Source of the DNA: Azolla caroliniana
Taxonomy: Eukaryota; Plantae; Polypodiophyta
Length of the DNA: 64,000 bases
Direction: 5' to 3'
NCBI GenBank assembly: GCA_043228905.1
Contig: JBHGNT010000001.1
Span: 25,854,001-25,918,000 of the forward strand
A program made the translations under genes and the position numbers. Under the pieces are notes generated by a model. The model searched no databases. It saw only the letters and a program-made list of their open reading frames with translations, and was not told the origin of the DNA. Each line of letters starts with the position of its first letter. The first letter of the stretch is position 1. Below are positions 51,601 to 64,000 of the stretch, in pieces.

Positions 51601-53746
51601 ATGCCTGGAACGTTGCCGCACCGCACGCTTAAGTTTGAATCCCGCGAAATGTGCCTTCGGCGTGACCAGCGGGACTGTCCTAGGCCATATAGTCAGCAAG
51701 GATGGAATAGTGGTCGATCCGAACAAGATCTCCGTGATTACGCAAGCCAAAACTCTGACAAACGCGAAATCACTTAGCCGATTTTTAGGACAAATACGAT
51801 GGCATAGTCGGATGATACGATACTTGGCGAACTTCGCCACACCGTTTCATGCTGCCGTGCATCGGACTCCCTTCCAATGGACCGCAATGGAGGACAAGGC
51901 CTATGAGGCGCTTAAGATAATGCTCACATAGGCACTCGTTGTACAACCACCAGTTTGGGCGAAGCTATTCCACGTGTTCGTAGACGCCTCAGACATAGCA
52001 ATAGGAAGTGCACAAATGCAGCTCACTGAACCCAATTGGTACCGGCCAGTGTACTACGCTAGTCACAAATTATCAACAACCGAGCGTAACTATTCCACAA
52101 CGAAGCGGGAGGCACTAGGGATGATCTATAACATCAATAAATTCCGGCATTATTTGTTGGGGAGGAAATTCATGTTCCACGTGGATCATTCGACACTGTT
52201 GTATTTGGTGGAGAAACAAGCACTGACGGGGAAATTGGCGTGATGGATGCTGCTGCTTCAAGAATTCGATTTTGTAATTCAACACCGCCTAGGGACGTAA
52301 CACACAGTGTCAGATTTTTTGAGCAGACCCGATAATGGAGAAACAATACAGAAGGACGATGACGACTTTCCGGACGCCGACATTCTGCGGGTAGCAACAC
52401 TAGCAGAAAGAACAGAATCGACCTTTCCGAACCGGTGGCTTATGGAAATGACATACTTTTTGACTACGGGACTGCCTCAACCACAATTACGCACGGATGA
52501 GAAGAACCGATTAGCCGTCCGAAGCGATAACTTCTGCCTGGTAGAAGGAATTTTATATCACAAAGGAAGTGATGGCATTTGGCGACGCGGGGTACGTTAG
52601 TATGAGAAAGAAGAAGTCTTATGGGAGGCTCATTGCGGCATGGCAGGCGGCCATTACGCGAGTGATGTTACAACCCGGAAATTATGGTAGGCGGGCCTAT
52701 GGTGGCCGACTACACAGAAGGACACATATGAGTATTGCAGACAGTGTGATTTGTGTCAACGGATGGGCCATCCCACGGAGGGCGCAAGGATGCCACACCA
52801 GCCCGTATTACCGTTGGACCCCTTCCAAAAGTGGGGATTGGATTTTGTGGGCCCCTTCACACCGGCGGCAGCCCGTACGGGCAATAAATACATATTGGTA
52901 GCCACGGATTATTGCACCAAGTGGGTAGAAGCAAAGGCACTACGAGAAAATACGGCGGCTATCACATTGATATTCCTTTACGAGCACATCTGGTGTCGGT
53001 TTGGTTGTCCGATTGAGCTTATCAGTGACCAGGGGAGCCACTTTATCAATATGGTTGTTCGAGAACTAACATAGCATTATGCCGTAGTCCACAAGAAGAG
53101 TACGCCATATTATCCACAGGCGAATGGGTTAGTGGAATCCACCAACAAGACATTGCAGACCATCTTAAAGAAAATCGTCAATGAAAATAGAACGGATTGG
53201 GATACCAAATTACAGAGTGCGTTATGGGCGTACAGAACCAGCTACAAAACAAGCATACAGTCAACACCGTTTCAGCTAGTGTTTGGGCTGGAGGCCATGA
53301 TGCCAGTAGAATTTTAGATAGCCAGTTTACGTATTCAGGTACGGGACCGACTATCGGAAGCCAAGTCGGAGGAAGTACATCTCCACCAGCTACTCGAACT
53401 CGGCGAAAAACGTGTACACAGCATGGCTGTGTTGGAGCAGGAACAACGACGGCGTAAAGTGTTTGTGGACCGACATTGGAATGCACGGGAAAAGGATTTC
53501 GTGGTCGGTTGAGCGGTATTGGTTTTCCAAACCCGCATGGGCCATATGCCAGGGAAGTTACGATTCCGCTGGACAGGCCCGTACTGGATAATAGGAGCGA
53601 AACAAGGCACGTTCCAACTATGCACGCTGGCCGGGGAAGTCTTACGATAAAAGGTGAATGGATTCCGCCTTAAACCTTACATGGGCCCTATGCCACCTAA
53701 CCCATTCACCGCCGGACAGGACAAAGCCGGAGAACTTGTGGTGTAA
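48668..53746 (+). pseudogene. gag-pol of element B (many stops)
   Basis: gag MAFAYPRFNG...CTICLNSGHSAVEC, PR ...VLLGRPWL, RT YSFLDGFSGYNQ / FLDNF, RH FVDASD, DFPD linker, INT WGLDFVGP / SDQGSHF and RWTGPY. Confidence 0.92.
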
Positions 53747-53979
53747 GTGGACGGCCCCACTTGTATCATAATGTAAAAATAGGCCGTATGTAATCGTTAC
53801 GAAAAAAAAAAGAAAAAAAGAAAGAAAAGAAAGAGAGAAGATAGCGATGCTATTAAAAAAAGGACTGAATGCATGCACAGACTTCTAGATCAAGAACACG
53901 CGGCACCACGATGGCTCACCGCCCAATGAACCCTAGGCCACAAAAAGAAGGAAATAGAGGATCTTCTGCACAAAATAGA

Positions 53980-55030
53980 AACCCACCTCCTAACTCTCAA
54001 CGCTCTCATCGCTCCCCTCCCTCACCTTCTCCTCCATCCTATGACAGAGCTCAAGCCCACCGCAACCACCAATCTCCTCCCCACGAGCCTACTTTGGCTA
54101 AGCTGATCTTTATCTCTACCGCCTTATGTCGATGGCTCATGGAGAAACGCTTGAATGGGTACATTAGGGTCGCAAAGGCACCTCCACACCCGGATGCGTT
54201 GGACATCGCCAGAAAGCTCAATATCGACACGGTCACCAACTCTTCCATCTGGAAAAAGTTGGACCTGTCATCATTAGGTGAGAGGCATTTCGAAATCCCT
54301 CCTGCAGAGTCGCTGCAGAGATATTTCGGCCCTTATTCCTCCTCTGCCAAGGCCTATAGAATGAAGCAGATCTCGGATCCCTTTTTCCGTGAAGTCGCCA
54401 AATTCCTATTAGAGGTCGGATGCGTACACGTAAACGCATATGGGATGCCCAAGCAGAAGGCAGGTATCATCATTGATACCTTTGAAGGGTGTGCGGTCGA
54501 TTGAGGAGTCATCACGGGGCCGATGTTAAGGGAAGGCTTGCATGCGTATCAAGGAGGCAAGAAGGTCAGGCCGATCATACAACAGTACCTGACGGTGCTA
54601 TTCCCACCTCGAGGCTTGTTGGCACCGCAGCCAAGCAAACCCACGCCTCTGCCTCGATCCGCGAAGCGCAAGTTAGCGGAGTTAGCTGCCACAGAGTGGG
54701 AGGATGAACCCCAACCCACCCAGCTGGATACACGGACAATGTCGGAAGAGCAGGCGGCGTGCTCCGCGGAAGCGCCACCAAAGCTAGACGCCAAACCACG
54801 AAAGGATAACCCCAGACCGAAACGGCGGAGGTTGGACAGGAAAGATGGGTGGGGATTAGTTAAAGACGTACCCACGGCGGCAGAGACAACGACCGAAGGT
54901 GATGCCTCCGCAACTACGGAGCCCAACACCACCTTCGAAATCATCCAGGAGCCACGACCGATCATTATGGCCCAGTCACAACGAGGGAAAGACGTATTGA
55001 TGGCGGAAAGCGAGGTTTTGGCATATCCAG
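53980..55030 (+). pseudogene. Accessory ORF of element B (truncated)
   Basis: Reads YFGPYSSSAKAY...FREVAKFLLEVGCVHVNAYGMPKQKAGIIIDTFEGCAVD*GVITGPMLREGL, with a basic PKRRR motif. Confidence 0.75.
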
Positions 55031-55265
55031 ATTTAGTACAACGATCATTTTGGTGGCCTCATATGCTATGGTGCCCTGATCGTTCATCTGTTTGAGGGTG
55101 ATAGCTGAAGGAGAGGTTACAAGTGACCTTGAGCATTTTGAAGAGATGCTTCTGGAATTTCGAGACGACTTGAGGCCATTGATGTCGAAATACCTCACCT
55201 CAAACAGATGAACGGTCAGGGCACCGTAGCATATGAGGCCACCAAAATGATCGTTGTACTAAATC
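55030..55265. repeat. 68-bp inverted duplication at the B/D deletion junction
   Basis: 55030-55097 is the reverse complement of 55198-55265 with 2 mismatches. Confidence 0.92.
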
Positions 55266-58200
55266 CAACATTCTAGTACTACCAAATTGTCCAACTATAT
55301 ATCTGTTATGTCAATTTCGAAAAAATCGAAGGTGACAAGAACCATTGGGAACATACAAGAGTATCTTAAGGAATAGTAATCCATCATAACATTCGAATTG
55401 TCGATAATCCGCACCTGGTTGTTGCGACTGTGAACAGGATGCCCGAGAGGGATCAATTTGCGCTAGAATGGCTTGAGCGAAAGCCTTTGTCTTCAACTCT
55501 TCATGTATCGTATTGATAATGCGGGAATCCACTGGAGTGTCAAAAACCCATGTTGCTTGTAGTCGTGTTGGTCCCAAGATTACTTGCTTTTGATTATCGA
55601 ATGTTGGATCACCAGGACGAGGTGCTAGATACGAGTGCCGCGATAATGCATCAGCCTTCCCTTGTTGCTTCCCAGGACGATATGTAATTTTGAAGTTGAA
55701 ACATGTGAGGACTTGAGCCCATCGAGCTTGTCGTTGATTTAATACACGAGCATTCTAGAAGTAGGCAAGATTTTTGTGATCACTGAATACGATGACTTGA
55801 TGAGAAGATCCCTCTAAAAAATGCCTCGATTGTGCAAAAGAGTCCACTATTGCTAATAGCTCCTTGTCATGTATCTCGTCATTGATTTCGGCGGCGTCAA
55901 ACTTGTCGGCGACATCAAACTTGTGCAAGTGGAAAGCCACAGGATGTAGTTTTTCATCATCGCCTTGTTGTGATAGAATGCTACCAAGGGCGAAATCCAA
56001 CGCGTCTGTCTCAATGATGAACGGTTTTTTCGGATCAACATGAGCTAGAATAGGAGCTGATGTAAATGCTTTCTTAAGACTCACAAAAGTCATGTCCGCT
56101 TCCTTAGACCAAACAAACGACCACCCCTACTTGGTAAGTTGTGTGAGAGGCAAAATAAGCTTTGAGTAGTCTTGTATAAACTTGCGGTAGAAATTTGCGA
56201 AGCCTAAAAAACATTGCACATCTCGTAATGAACGTGGAGTCTGCCACTCTACCATAGTTTTGACCTTAGTTGGATCCATAAAGATGCCTTCCGAGGAGAT
56301 GACATAGCCTAGAAATTCCACCTTGTTGCACTCAAAACTACATTTTTCCAGTTTTGCATAAAGACCATGTTCTTGAAGTCGTTTTAGTACTAATTGTACA
56401 TGAGAATCATGCTCTCCCTGACTCTTCGAATAAACTAGTAGATCATCCAAATAGATGATCAAATAGATATCCAAAAGATTTCGGAATTTATCATTTGCCA
56501 TGTGTTGGAAGACTATTGGCGCATTGGTGAGACCGAATGGCATAACCGTATATACTCAAAGTGCCCATATCGGGTGCGAAAAGTGGTCTTCCATTCATCT
56601 CCCGGTTGGATCTGTAGGATGTTATATGTTCCTCGTAAGTCGATCTTTGTGAAGAACTTTGGGAAGTGCATACCTATTCTTGATGGCAACCTTATTCAAG
56701 ACACGGTAATCCACGACGAGACGAAGTGAACCATCCTTTTTCTTGACAAAGAAAATGGGCGCGCCGGCTGGAGATTTCGAATGCTGAATGAACCCATTTG
56801 CCAAATTCTCCTCTATGTAGGCTCAAAGGACTTCTAGCTCGATTGTTGACAAGTTGTAGATTGGTCCCCATGGTGGCTTTGATGAGCTTGGGCAAAATTC
56901 CTATCCATGAAGCAAGAATTGGGTCCGAAATCTAAGAGTGCTAAGACATGTATTGGAGGGGTACTTTTAGTACTAACTTTTACTTAAGCTAAGAACACAT
57001 TGCTAACTTGCTTAGAGGGAATGGAACTACTAATGGGTTGCACAGGTCTAGGGTTGTCCAACCAAACGGCTCCTATTTTGGCTGGATTCAGTCGTTTAAC
57101 TCTTCTTCTAATTGACTAAGGACTTAAAATTTGTTCTATAAACTTGGGTTATTAGTACTATTAGGACAATCAGACACTCTTATTGAAATAGACTCAGGTT
57201 TAGTACAAGCTACTATTTGATTTACCTGTCTTCTTTGCCTATGTGGACAGTTTACTGCGATATGCTTGGTCCTCCGCAATAAAGACATAATCGATTTTCT
57301 TGGCGTCATTGCTTTTCTTCTTCCGAAAATGGTTCATGACAATCTGTGGTGTCGATTTCCATCGGTGTTGGAGTATTTGCCAGAGATACATTATATGATC
57401 CCTTGCAAATGGTTTTGCTACAACTGAGGCGTATGTGGGCTCCGGCCTGATCCTTGGCATTTGTAACTAGCGTTCCGAACGTCGTTCGAAAAGCCAGTTA
57501 TCGCATCATACCACTTGACTCATTGCCTCTATGAACAATTTTGGTTCTTCAAGGAAAGTCAAGAGTAAGTCTTTGACATAATTTCGTAGGCTATATCAAA
57601 ATTGCTCCATCAATGCTTGATCATCCCAGGGGATATTGGAGGCAAGTAGACGGAAATTTGTAGCGTAAGTGGAGGCTGGACGATCATCTTGACGTAATCG
57701 TCGGATTTTGTTAATTGTCGTCCTTATGCTATCAGTATCTCCAAAATAGGCTTTAAACTCGGTTATAAACTCCTCAAAGTTATTTAGTAATGGAGATCTT
57801 TTATCTAACAACACAACGAACCAGGCCAAAGCTGAGCCACTTAGCAATGGGCCTACTAGAGCCACTCGTGATGCATCGATGGGATATTGGGAAGGATGCA
57901 TTTGAATGACTAATCGTACCTGATTAAGGAATCCTCTAAACTGTGATTGTGTTCCATCAAATTTCATAGGAAGGCCGATCTTGGGCTGTTTATGAATCCC
58001 TTGAGTACTTGGTCCTTGTTGTTGCAATGCTACAATGGTTGCTTCAGGTTGTTGCACGCGTAACACTAGCTCCCCATGTTTTTGTTGTGTGTGTTGCTTT
58101 TCTGAAGAGATTTGTTGAAGATCCCCCAACAGCCGTTGATTTCTTGTTCCAATGCGACAAACCTTTCTTTCAAGCATTGCAGCTCCGAGAAAACGTATTG
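55230..58200 (-). pseudogene. gag-pol of chromovirus D (decayed; protease partly deleted; integrase truncated)
   Basis: gag [39 protein letters not shown] / YLDD, RH ETDALDF and INT start LDLVQRSFWWPHM. Confidence 0.9.
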
Positions 58201-58291
58201 ATATTCTTGAGCACTAACAATTGCCATAGTATTGGAGGAAGGAGTGATAAGAGGATTGGTATGAAGGGAGGGAGGAGTAAGAAGATAGAGA

Positions 58292-58303
58292 AATTCGGTT
58301 CAA
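58292..58303 (-). promoter_or_regulatory. Self-priming PBS of element D
   Basis: The sense sequence TTGAACCGAATT, just after the 5' LTR, is complementary to AATTCGGTTCAA in the LTR (58501-58512), about 30 nt downstream of TATAAAAA. Confidence 0.8.
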
Positions 58304-59810
58304 ACTGTCAAGAATAGTACTAAAGATGGAGAGGGAATTAGTACTAGAGGTAGAGGAGGATGAGTACTATGAGTACTTAAGAGGAAAAGATGGTGTGGAG
58401 CTCACGAGAGAGAGAGAGAGAGAGAGAGAGATGATGACAATAGAAGATATATATTATAAGGAGAAAGATACATGAACAACTAGTAGGCTTAAGACTGGCG
58501 TTGAACCGAATTGGTTCTCAATAATGCCATGTGCCTCTTTTTATAGTGTGCTTAGGAGTATTCTTGACATATGTTCTAGAGAAATCTAGAATATACATGG
58601 ATTTCCTAAGTGAAATAATAAATGAAAACAATATTCTTTGTATTACAATGTATAGTTTAATGGTAGGGCTTCAACCTATGTGACACAAGGTCATGGGTTC
58701 AAATCTTTTTGAAGCCATACCGTGCTATATCATGACAGATGTAGGGTTTCATTCAGAAGCGGGAGGTCGCCCGCTAAGGTGCCGAGTTGGTACGTCCCGT
58801 TGAATTCATCGATAATCCAAAAGGGACCAGTTCAGCGGAACTGAAGTTTTCCCTGCATAGAGTCAAGTCTGGAAGACCAAGATGGCTTTGCCAATCCCAA
58901 ATAGTTACTCATTGTACTGTCAATGCCGGTCGACAAAGGCTTTTCATCAATGCTGCTCGAGATTGCTCAACCTAATGAGCCTGACTTCCCCGACATCGAG
59001 AAGTTGTTCTAGTCTTTTTATTTCGGACTCGGTTTTATGTAGGCGCCCGGTTCTCTGGACTCGTAAATTGGGAACTTGAAATTCGACTGGCATCACTACT
59101 TCTAAACCAAATGCTAATTGAAAAGGCGTCGATTTGATACTCGTTTTATAGGTCGTTCGATGGGCCCAAAATGCACTATGTAGTTTCTGATCCCAATCAG
59201 TTCGATTAGCATTCACGATTTTCTTTAATATATTTTGGATTGTCTTGTTCATGGATTCGGCTAGCCCATTCGCTTGCGGGTAATATGGCGTACTCTTCTT
59301 ATGGACGATGGTATACTGAGTCGTAAGTTCGTGAATCATCTTGTTGATAAAGTGACCTCCCTGGTCACTAACCAATTCGATTGGACATCCTAATTAACAC
59401 CGAAGGTGTTCGTAGATGAATTTTGTCGTTGATGTAGCCGTGTTGTCTCAGAGAGCTTTTGCTTCCACCCATTTGGTGCAACAGTCGGTCGCGACGATGA
59501 TATATTGATTACCTGTTCGGGTTGCGGGTGGTTTGAATGGGCCAACGAAATCGAGGTCCCATTTTTGGAATGGCTCAAGTGGAAGGATGGGTTGGTAAGG
59601 CATCCAAGCTTGTTCAGTTGGTTGCCCCATATGCTGGCATAAGTCATATTGCTTATAGAATGTGATTGCGTCTTTTTGAGTCGTCGGCCACCATAAGCCA
59701 CTCTTCCATATTTTGCGGGTTGTGGCATCATCGACATAATGCCCTCCGACTATGCGGTAATGCGCTTCTTAGAGAATCGCATCCTTCTCGAATTGTTGAA
59801 CTGTGCGGCG

Positions 59811-60152
59811 TGTCGAATATGGGTGTCTAATGGCCGTATTCACACTATCCCTTGGACAAACTAGGTTTAGGACAATTCTGTAAATATGTCAAAGGGCAGT
59901 TGCCCTAGCCTAGTTATTATATAACGGACATTGTAACCTAACATATAAGGTTTTTGATTCAATTCATTGTAACTCAGAGTTCGAATAATACAGTTACATC
60001 TTGTGTGTCTCTCTGTCTATCAATCTCTCTTGTTTCTCTCTCACGCTGTCTCTCTGATCTTGCTATATCTTGCTAACTCGGTGATCTTCATCTCAAGGTG
60101 TTGTTTATGTTTCTGCATTGATGGTCTCAGACTCCAACTTTTGGTATCAGAG
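59811..60152 (+). mobile_element. Element F: LTR plus tRNA-iMet PBS (copia-like 5' end) inserted in A's integrase
   Basis: TGTCGAA start, TATA-like and CT-rich segments, and ...CTCCAAC followed by TGGTATCAGAG at 60142. The LTR could alternatively extend to TCGACA at 60828. Confidence 0.6.
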
Positions 60153-60411
60153 TGAGAGGTTCTTAAACTCGTTGCCGGCTGTCATCAAGTTTCAACAACT
60201 TTTTTGCCCCTATCTTCCTGAAGATCCCGAGTTCAAGATCTCATGTTGAGAAGAGAAAGAAAACTGAAGATTTGCACTCTGCTAAGCTAGATCACTCTTA
60301 AGGTAAGCCATCCTGTTGTACCCTGCTTCTGTGATTGCAGCCGCTAAGAGTGGAATCTCCATCAAATCAACCTCAATCGTGCTTTATCACATTAGACGCT
60401 CTATACTTGTT

Positions 60412-63400
60412 TGTCTAAACCACTCATGGCAGATCCAACCCTAGGAGCAACCTCATCTGTGCTTCACTCGACTAGACTAAATATGGTAAGAATTGCTTAA
60501 ATCTGTCCCTCAAATCATCCTAGTCACTCGAAGCAACTTCAACTTGGAAAACAGTACATAATCTGTGATCGGTCTCAAAAGTTGGTATTTTTGGAACCTA
60601 TTTGGTGTATAGTTGTGCTCAACTCGACTAAGCAATATTTGGAAAGCCTAGTCGCTTTTTTCCTCCACTCGTTGTAGCCACTTTGGGAAACTCACAATCC
60701 AATAATCATTCGAAACCCAATCAGCAAACTCGTGTCCAAATACGGCTAGAACAAATTCAGGTGAGCTAGTCGGCTACACCCTACCACTGTTCGTAGCCAA
60801 TTCTAGAAAAAATCTTCCAAAGTCGACACAGATGGCATCAACATCCGGCTCATTAGAAATGAGTCTAAGTGTTGTTCGGTCAACAATTGATTGTTGTATG
60901 TAGCTAACCCAATAGGTTGAACGTTCCGATCCGAACGTTCTATCAAGACGATTGTGGTAGAAGTATGGATAAACAAACTAGCCAGTAAATAGGACTTGCT
61001 AATTGAGTAACCCTGATTGACTAATTGGACTTAATATAATTACTTAGTAACCATAGCAAACCATAAATTGACACTGGGAATAACAATGCACACAGATACT
61101 ACCGACACAGAAGTACTCTAACTAATACCTTATATTAATTCCAAAATGGAACGATAGATTTACAATACTTTTGATCCCTATTTTATAGGTAAAACTGAGA
61201 GTCTCTTTCCAAGATTACACCTGCCTATATTCTGCAAGAACTATTACAAAACTATCGTATATATGTTTACTACTTGGCAAAATAAATATATTTTTATTAC
61301 GTCGATCCGACTCCAACTCTTCTATACTTTTGAACATTGTCGACTTCGACCCTTTCACACCTGTCTGATTCCGACCTTCCGACCCTATAGCCGACCGAAT
61401 AACACTCGGCACGCTCGTGGGACAATGCCTTGGACGGTCGAACCCCCGTTCTTGCTTATTCCTAGAGCCCTGAGGGTTTGGGATCGTCGTCGTCATCATC
61501 TTCTTCTTCGTCTTCATGGAGGATGTCGAACAAGGACAGTTCTTCTTCAGCCCCTTGTTCGGTGTCGGGCGCGTTCACTCCCTTGTTGTGTTGCATCAGC
61601 GTCCTCTGCATGTGACTGGTCTGCGGAAGCTCCTAGCTCGGCAGTCTCATGCCGGCGTTGTTGCTCGTAGCCATCCAAGTGTACCGATGTATCGATGTCA
61701 CGGGCATCAAATTCCTCCATGAAGCGGGTGATCTCTTCCCGATGACTGGCCGAGTTCATACAAGTTTCGAGTGAGGTCTCCTTGAACTGTTGCAATGTCT
61801 TCGTCAATCATTTTGAAGAATCTTGTGCCCTGCTTTTTGCGATTATCCCTATCGGCGTGTAATAATTGTAATTATGTTGCATGTGCCGACCAGGTCTTCC
61901 AACCGTTGTCGACGGTATACTCTACCATCTTCAGTGTTTTTTCCTTGTGGACCAGTAAGATCCTTCGAACTTTTTCTTCACCCATACTGACCTTATATTG
62001 CATCATGGCTAGTTCCTTTGGCATATCCATTATCCGAGCATCTGCTGACTCTTGTTCAGCCATTAACTTAGCTTCGGCGACCACTAATGCCAGATGTTTT
62101 GCTTCATATCTGACTTCGAGTTGTGCACAGATTATCGTTAATTCTGTACTGGCCGACTCCAGTGTTTCTTTTTGTTGTTCATACATCATCTGCATTTCTG
62201 ATTTCTGTAGTACCATCTCGGACATTTTGTTTGCAAAATATTCCTTCTGAAATATGATATTTTCCTCTAATTCTTGCACATTTTTTGCTTCAGCTGTCGT
62301 TGCCTACCGTTGTTGCTCAAGCAATTTCTTTAATTCTTGAATGGCATTGTCTTTGTGATCCAACAATGCTCCTATCTGTCTCTTGGCAAGCTTAATGCGG
62401 TCTTTCATTTTTTTTCACATTTTCCTCCACCTTGGCAGCTCTATTTTTTGCCTCTTCGACCTTCGTCTCTGCCTCTCGCAGCTGATCCCTTACTTGTTGA
62501 CCAGGTACATGCATATGGGCTTCGACCTGCTTTACCTTTTGCTCTACTTCTTGAAGCCTATCCGATAGTTTGGTGTTGTCCTCTTTAGCATTAGAATATT
62601 GATCATTTAATCGATATGTTGCCGCCGTGGTTTTCTCACATGCCTCGGCCATGTCTTTTGCGGCCTTGTTCATTCATTCATATTCCCGATGGACTTCTAC
62701 CAACGTCGTGTTTAATGGTGACATCTGAATTGCCTTGCCCCTAGACCTGGCATGTCTCTATCGACTAATTCGATCCAACTCTGGTTGATCCTCAGGCTCA
62801 ATTGGGCCAATCATGGCCTTCTGAATCATAATTTGATCCTTGTGTTCTTGGGTGAGCATGTTGGACGCATATTGTAATCGTTGGGCAAGCCATGCAACAA
62901 GTTTGTAGGATGTGCCGAACTGTAGAATCGTTGCCACTTCATGTGTTGTCGGTGGCAATTATGGTAATTCCAATACTTCACTTGGGGTCATCGAAGATTA
63001 TTTCCCCTTTTCTAGACGACTAGTGTCAGCTGGGTCAACACGCGTCTCTTGTTCCTCTTGTTGTATTGGTTGTGTCTGTTGGTGTTGTTCTTCGACTTGC
63101 TTCTTCTTCTCTATATGCGTCTCATCTTCTGGTTGTTGAAATCTTCGACTTTTCTGCTTCGTTCGGAATGTAGGTGTTTGTTGTTAATTCTCAGCCTCGA
63201 AAGTTGGGGTTGATTCCTGGATAGGTTAGGTTTGTGGAATCAGTTCCTGAACTAGTTGTGACTATGAATTCGGAGTCCGCATTGGCTCCGTTATCGAGGT
63301 GTCGGGATTCGGAGTCGACTCCTGCTCCTGCTGGGGTTCTACTACTGATTGTCGGGTTGAATCCAACCCTTGGGTGTCAACAGTTGTCTGCTCTGGTTCT

Positions 63401-64000
63401 TGCCACTCTTCATGTGGTACTTCCCTCTGGGCCCTCGATGTCGACTTTGGTTGCCCTCTTTCCTTCCTTGGGGTCTTATGCCAACTCTCCATACTTGGTG
63501 TTGGGCAGAGTATTGTGAACCATCGACCGAAGATGGGTTTCATGGGTTTGCCATCCTGCACCCCTTTTCAATTGGTCCCTCGGTGCTTCCCCTGTCAGGT
63601 ACCCCCAATCGACTGTCTCCCCTTCATATGTAGTGATAATAAATCTTGCCCTTTGCTTGGGCATGCAGTAGAGCCGGGGACTGACCAAAGCCACTTCTAA
63701 CAAGAATTTGACTACTTCTTGGAACAGTTTGTCTTCACCGCCCTATGTTTTATAAGCTTTGACCGATGGTGAATATTCACCAAAATACGAACCTTAACAC
63801 TTCCGATTTCAGTGGCTCCATACCATCAAACCCTTCCCTTTTAAGATTCAGAAATTGGTGTACCTGTTTATTGGTGATTTTGGTGACGTCGATTTGATTC
63901 ACGTTTCTGCAATGCAGGGATGGGATTCGACATTTGCAACCCCAAGATATTCTCGTAGTCCCTTGTTGTGCAACTAGTTATGAAGCCTGTCAAATATTGG
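60412..64000 (-). mobile_element. Element C: 3' part of a third Athila-like element (accessory ORF ~61215->64000; putative LTR edge at 60828, other edge uncertain)
   Basis: YFGEYSPSVKAY...FQEVVKFLLEVALVSPRLYCMPKQRARFIITTYEGETVDWG plus coiled-coil segments, homologous to the A and B accessory ORFs. Confidence 0.7.

Larger units (their letters stand above)
42172..55030 (+). mobile_element. Element B: Athila-like Ty3/gypsy inserted in D's 3' LTR; 3' end deleted
   Basis: The 5' LTR spans 42172-42394 + 48155-48380 (TGTTG...TAACA), split by E. PBS TGGCACGCTTGGTG lies at 48385, followed by gag, PR, RT, RH, INT and an accessory ORF. Confidence 0.9.
41784..58737 (-). mobile_element. Element D: Tcn1-like chromovirus (Ty3/gypsy), host to B and E; integrase end and PPT deleted
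   Basis: LTRs lie at 58306-58737 (TGTCA...TGACA) and 41784-42171 (truncated by B). The perfect TSD GATGT is at 41779-41783 and 58738-58742. Confidence 0.92.
37992..59810 (-). mobile_element. Element A: Athila-like non-chromoviral Ty3/gypsy, interrupted by D (41784-58737) and by an insertion starting at 59811
   Basis: 3' LTR at 37992-38474, accessory ORF at 38594-41560 and integrase at 58743-59810. The integrase C-terminus MKPY|IGVTPPNPF reads through the GATGT TSD and matches B's LKPYMGPMPPNPF. Confidence 0.85.

Overview
Eukaryotic nuclear DNA from a land plant. The repeat families look fern-like, but the taxon is an inference. The first ~20 kb holds three host genes: the last three exons of a PIG-O/GPI13-type GPI ethanolamine-phosphate transferase, a complete three-exon PAM18/TIM14 J-protein gene and an intronless GATL (GT8) gene. 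The remaining ~44 kb is almost all transposable-element DNA. It includes a solo LTR, a deleted copia carrying a pogo-like MITE and an RTE-type LINE split by a TIR DNA transposon. It also includes a four-level nest of LTR retrotransposons, labelled A-F in this report (Athila-like A > Tcn1-like chromovirus D > Athila-like B > copia E), resolved partly by target-site duplications. Three observations stand out. (1) The TIR DNA transposon (27236-32464, 35-bp TIRs, 4-bp TSD) carries a decayed, intron-containing gene with motifs of bacterial-type N4-cytosine/N6-adenine DNA methyltransferases. (2) The Athila-like elements appear to have a tRNA-3'-end mimic (inverted PBS) rather than a polypurine tract before the 3' LTR. 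(3) The chromovirus LTRs contain a tRNA-derived A-box/B-box module. All coordinates were counted by hand, and no database searches were run.
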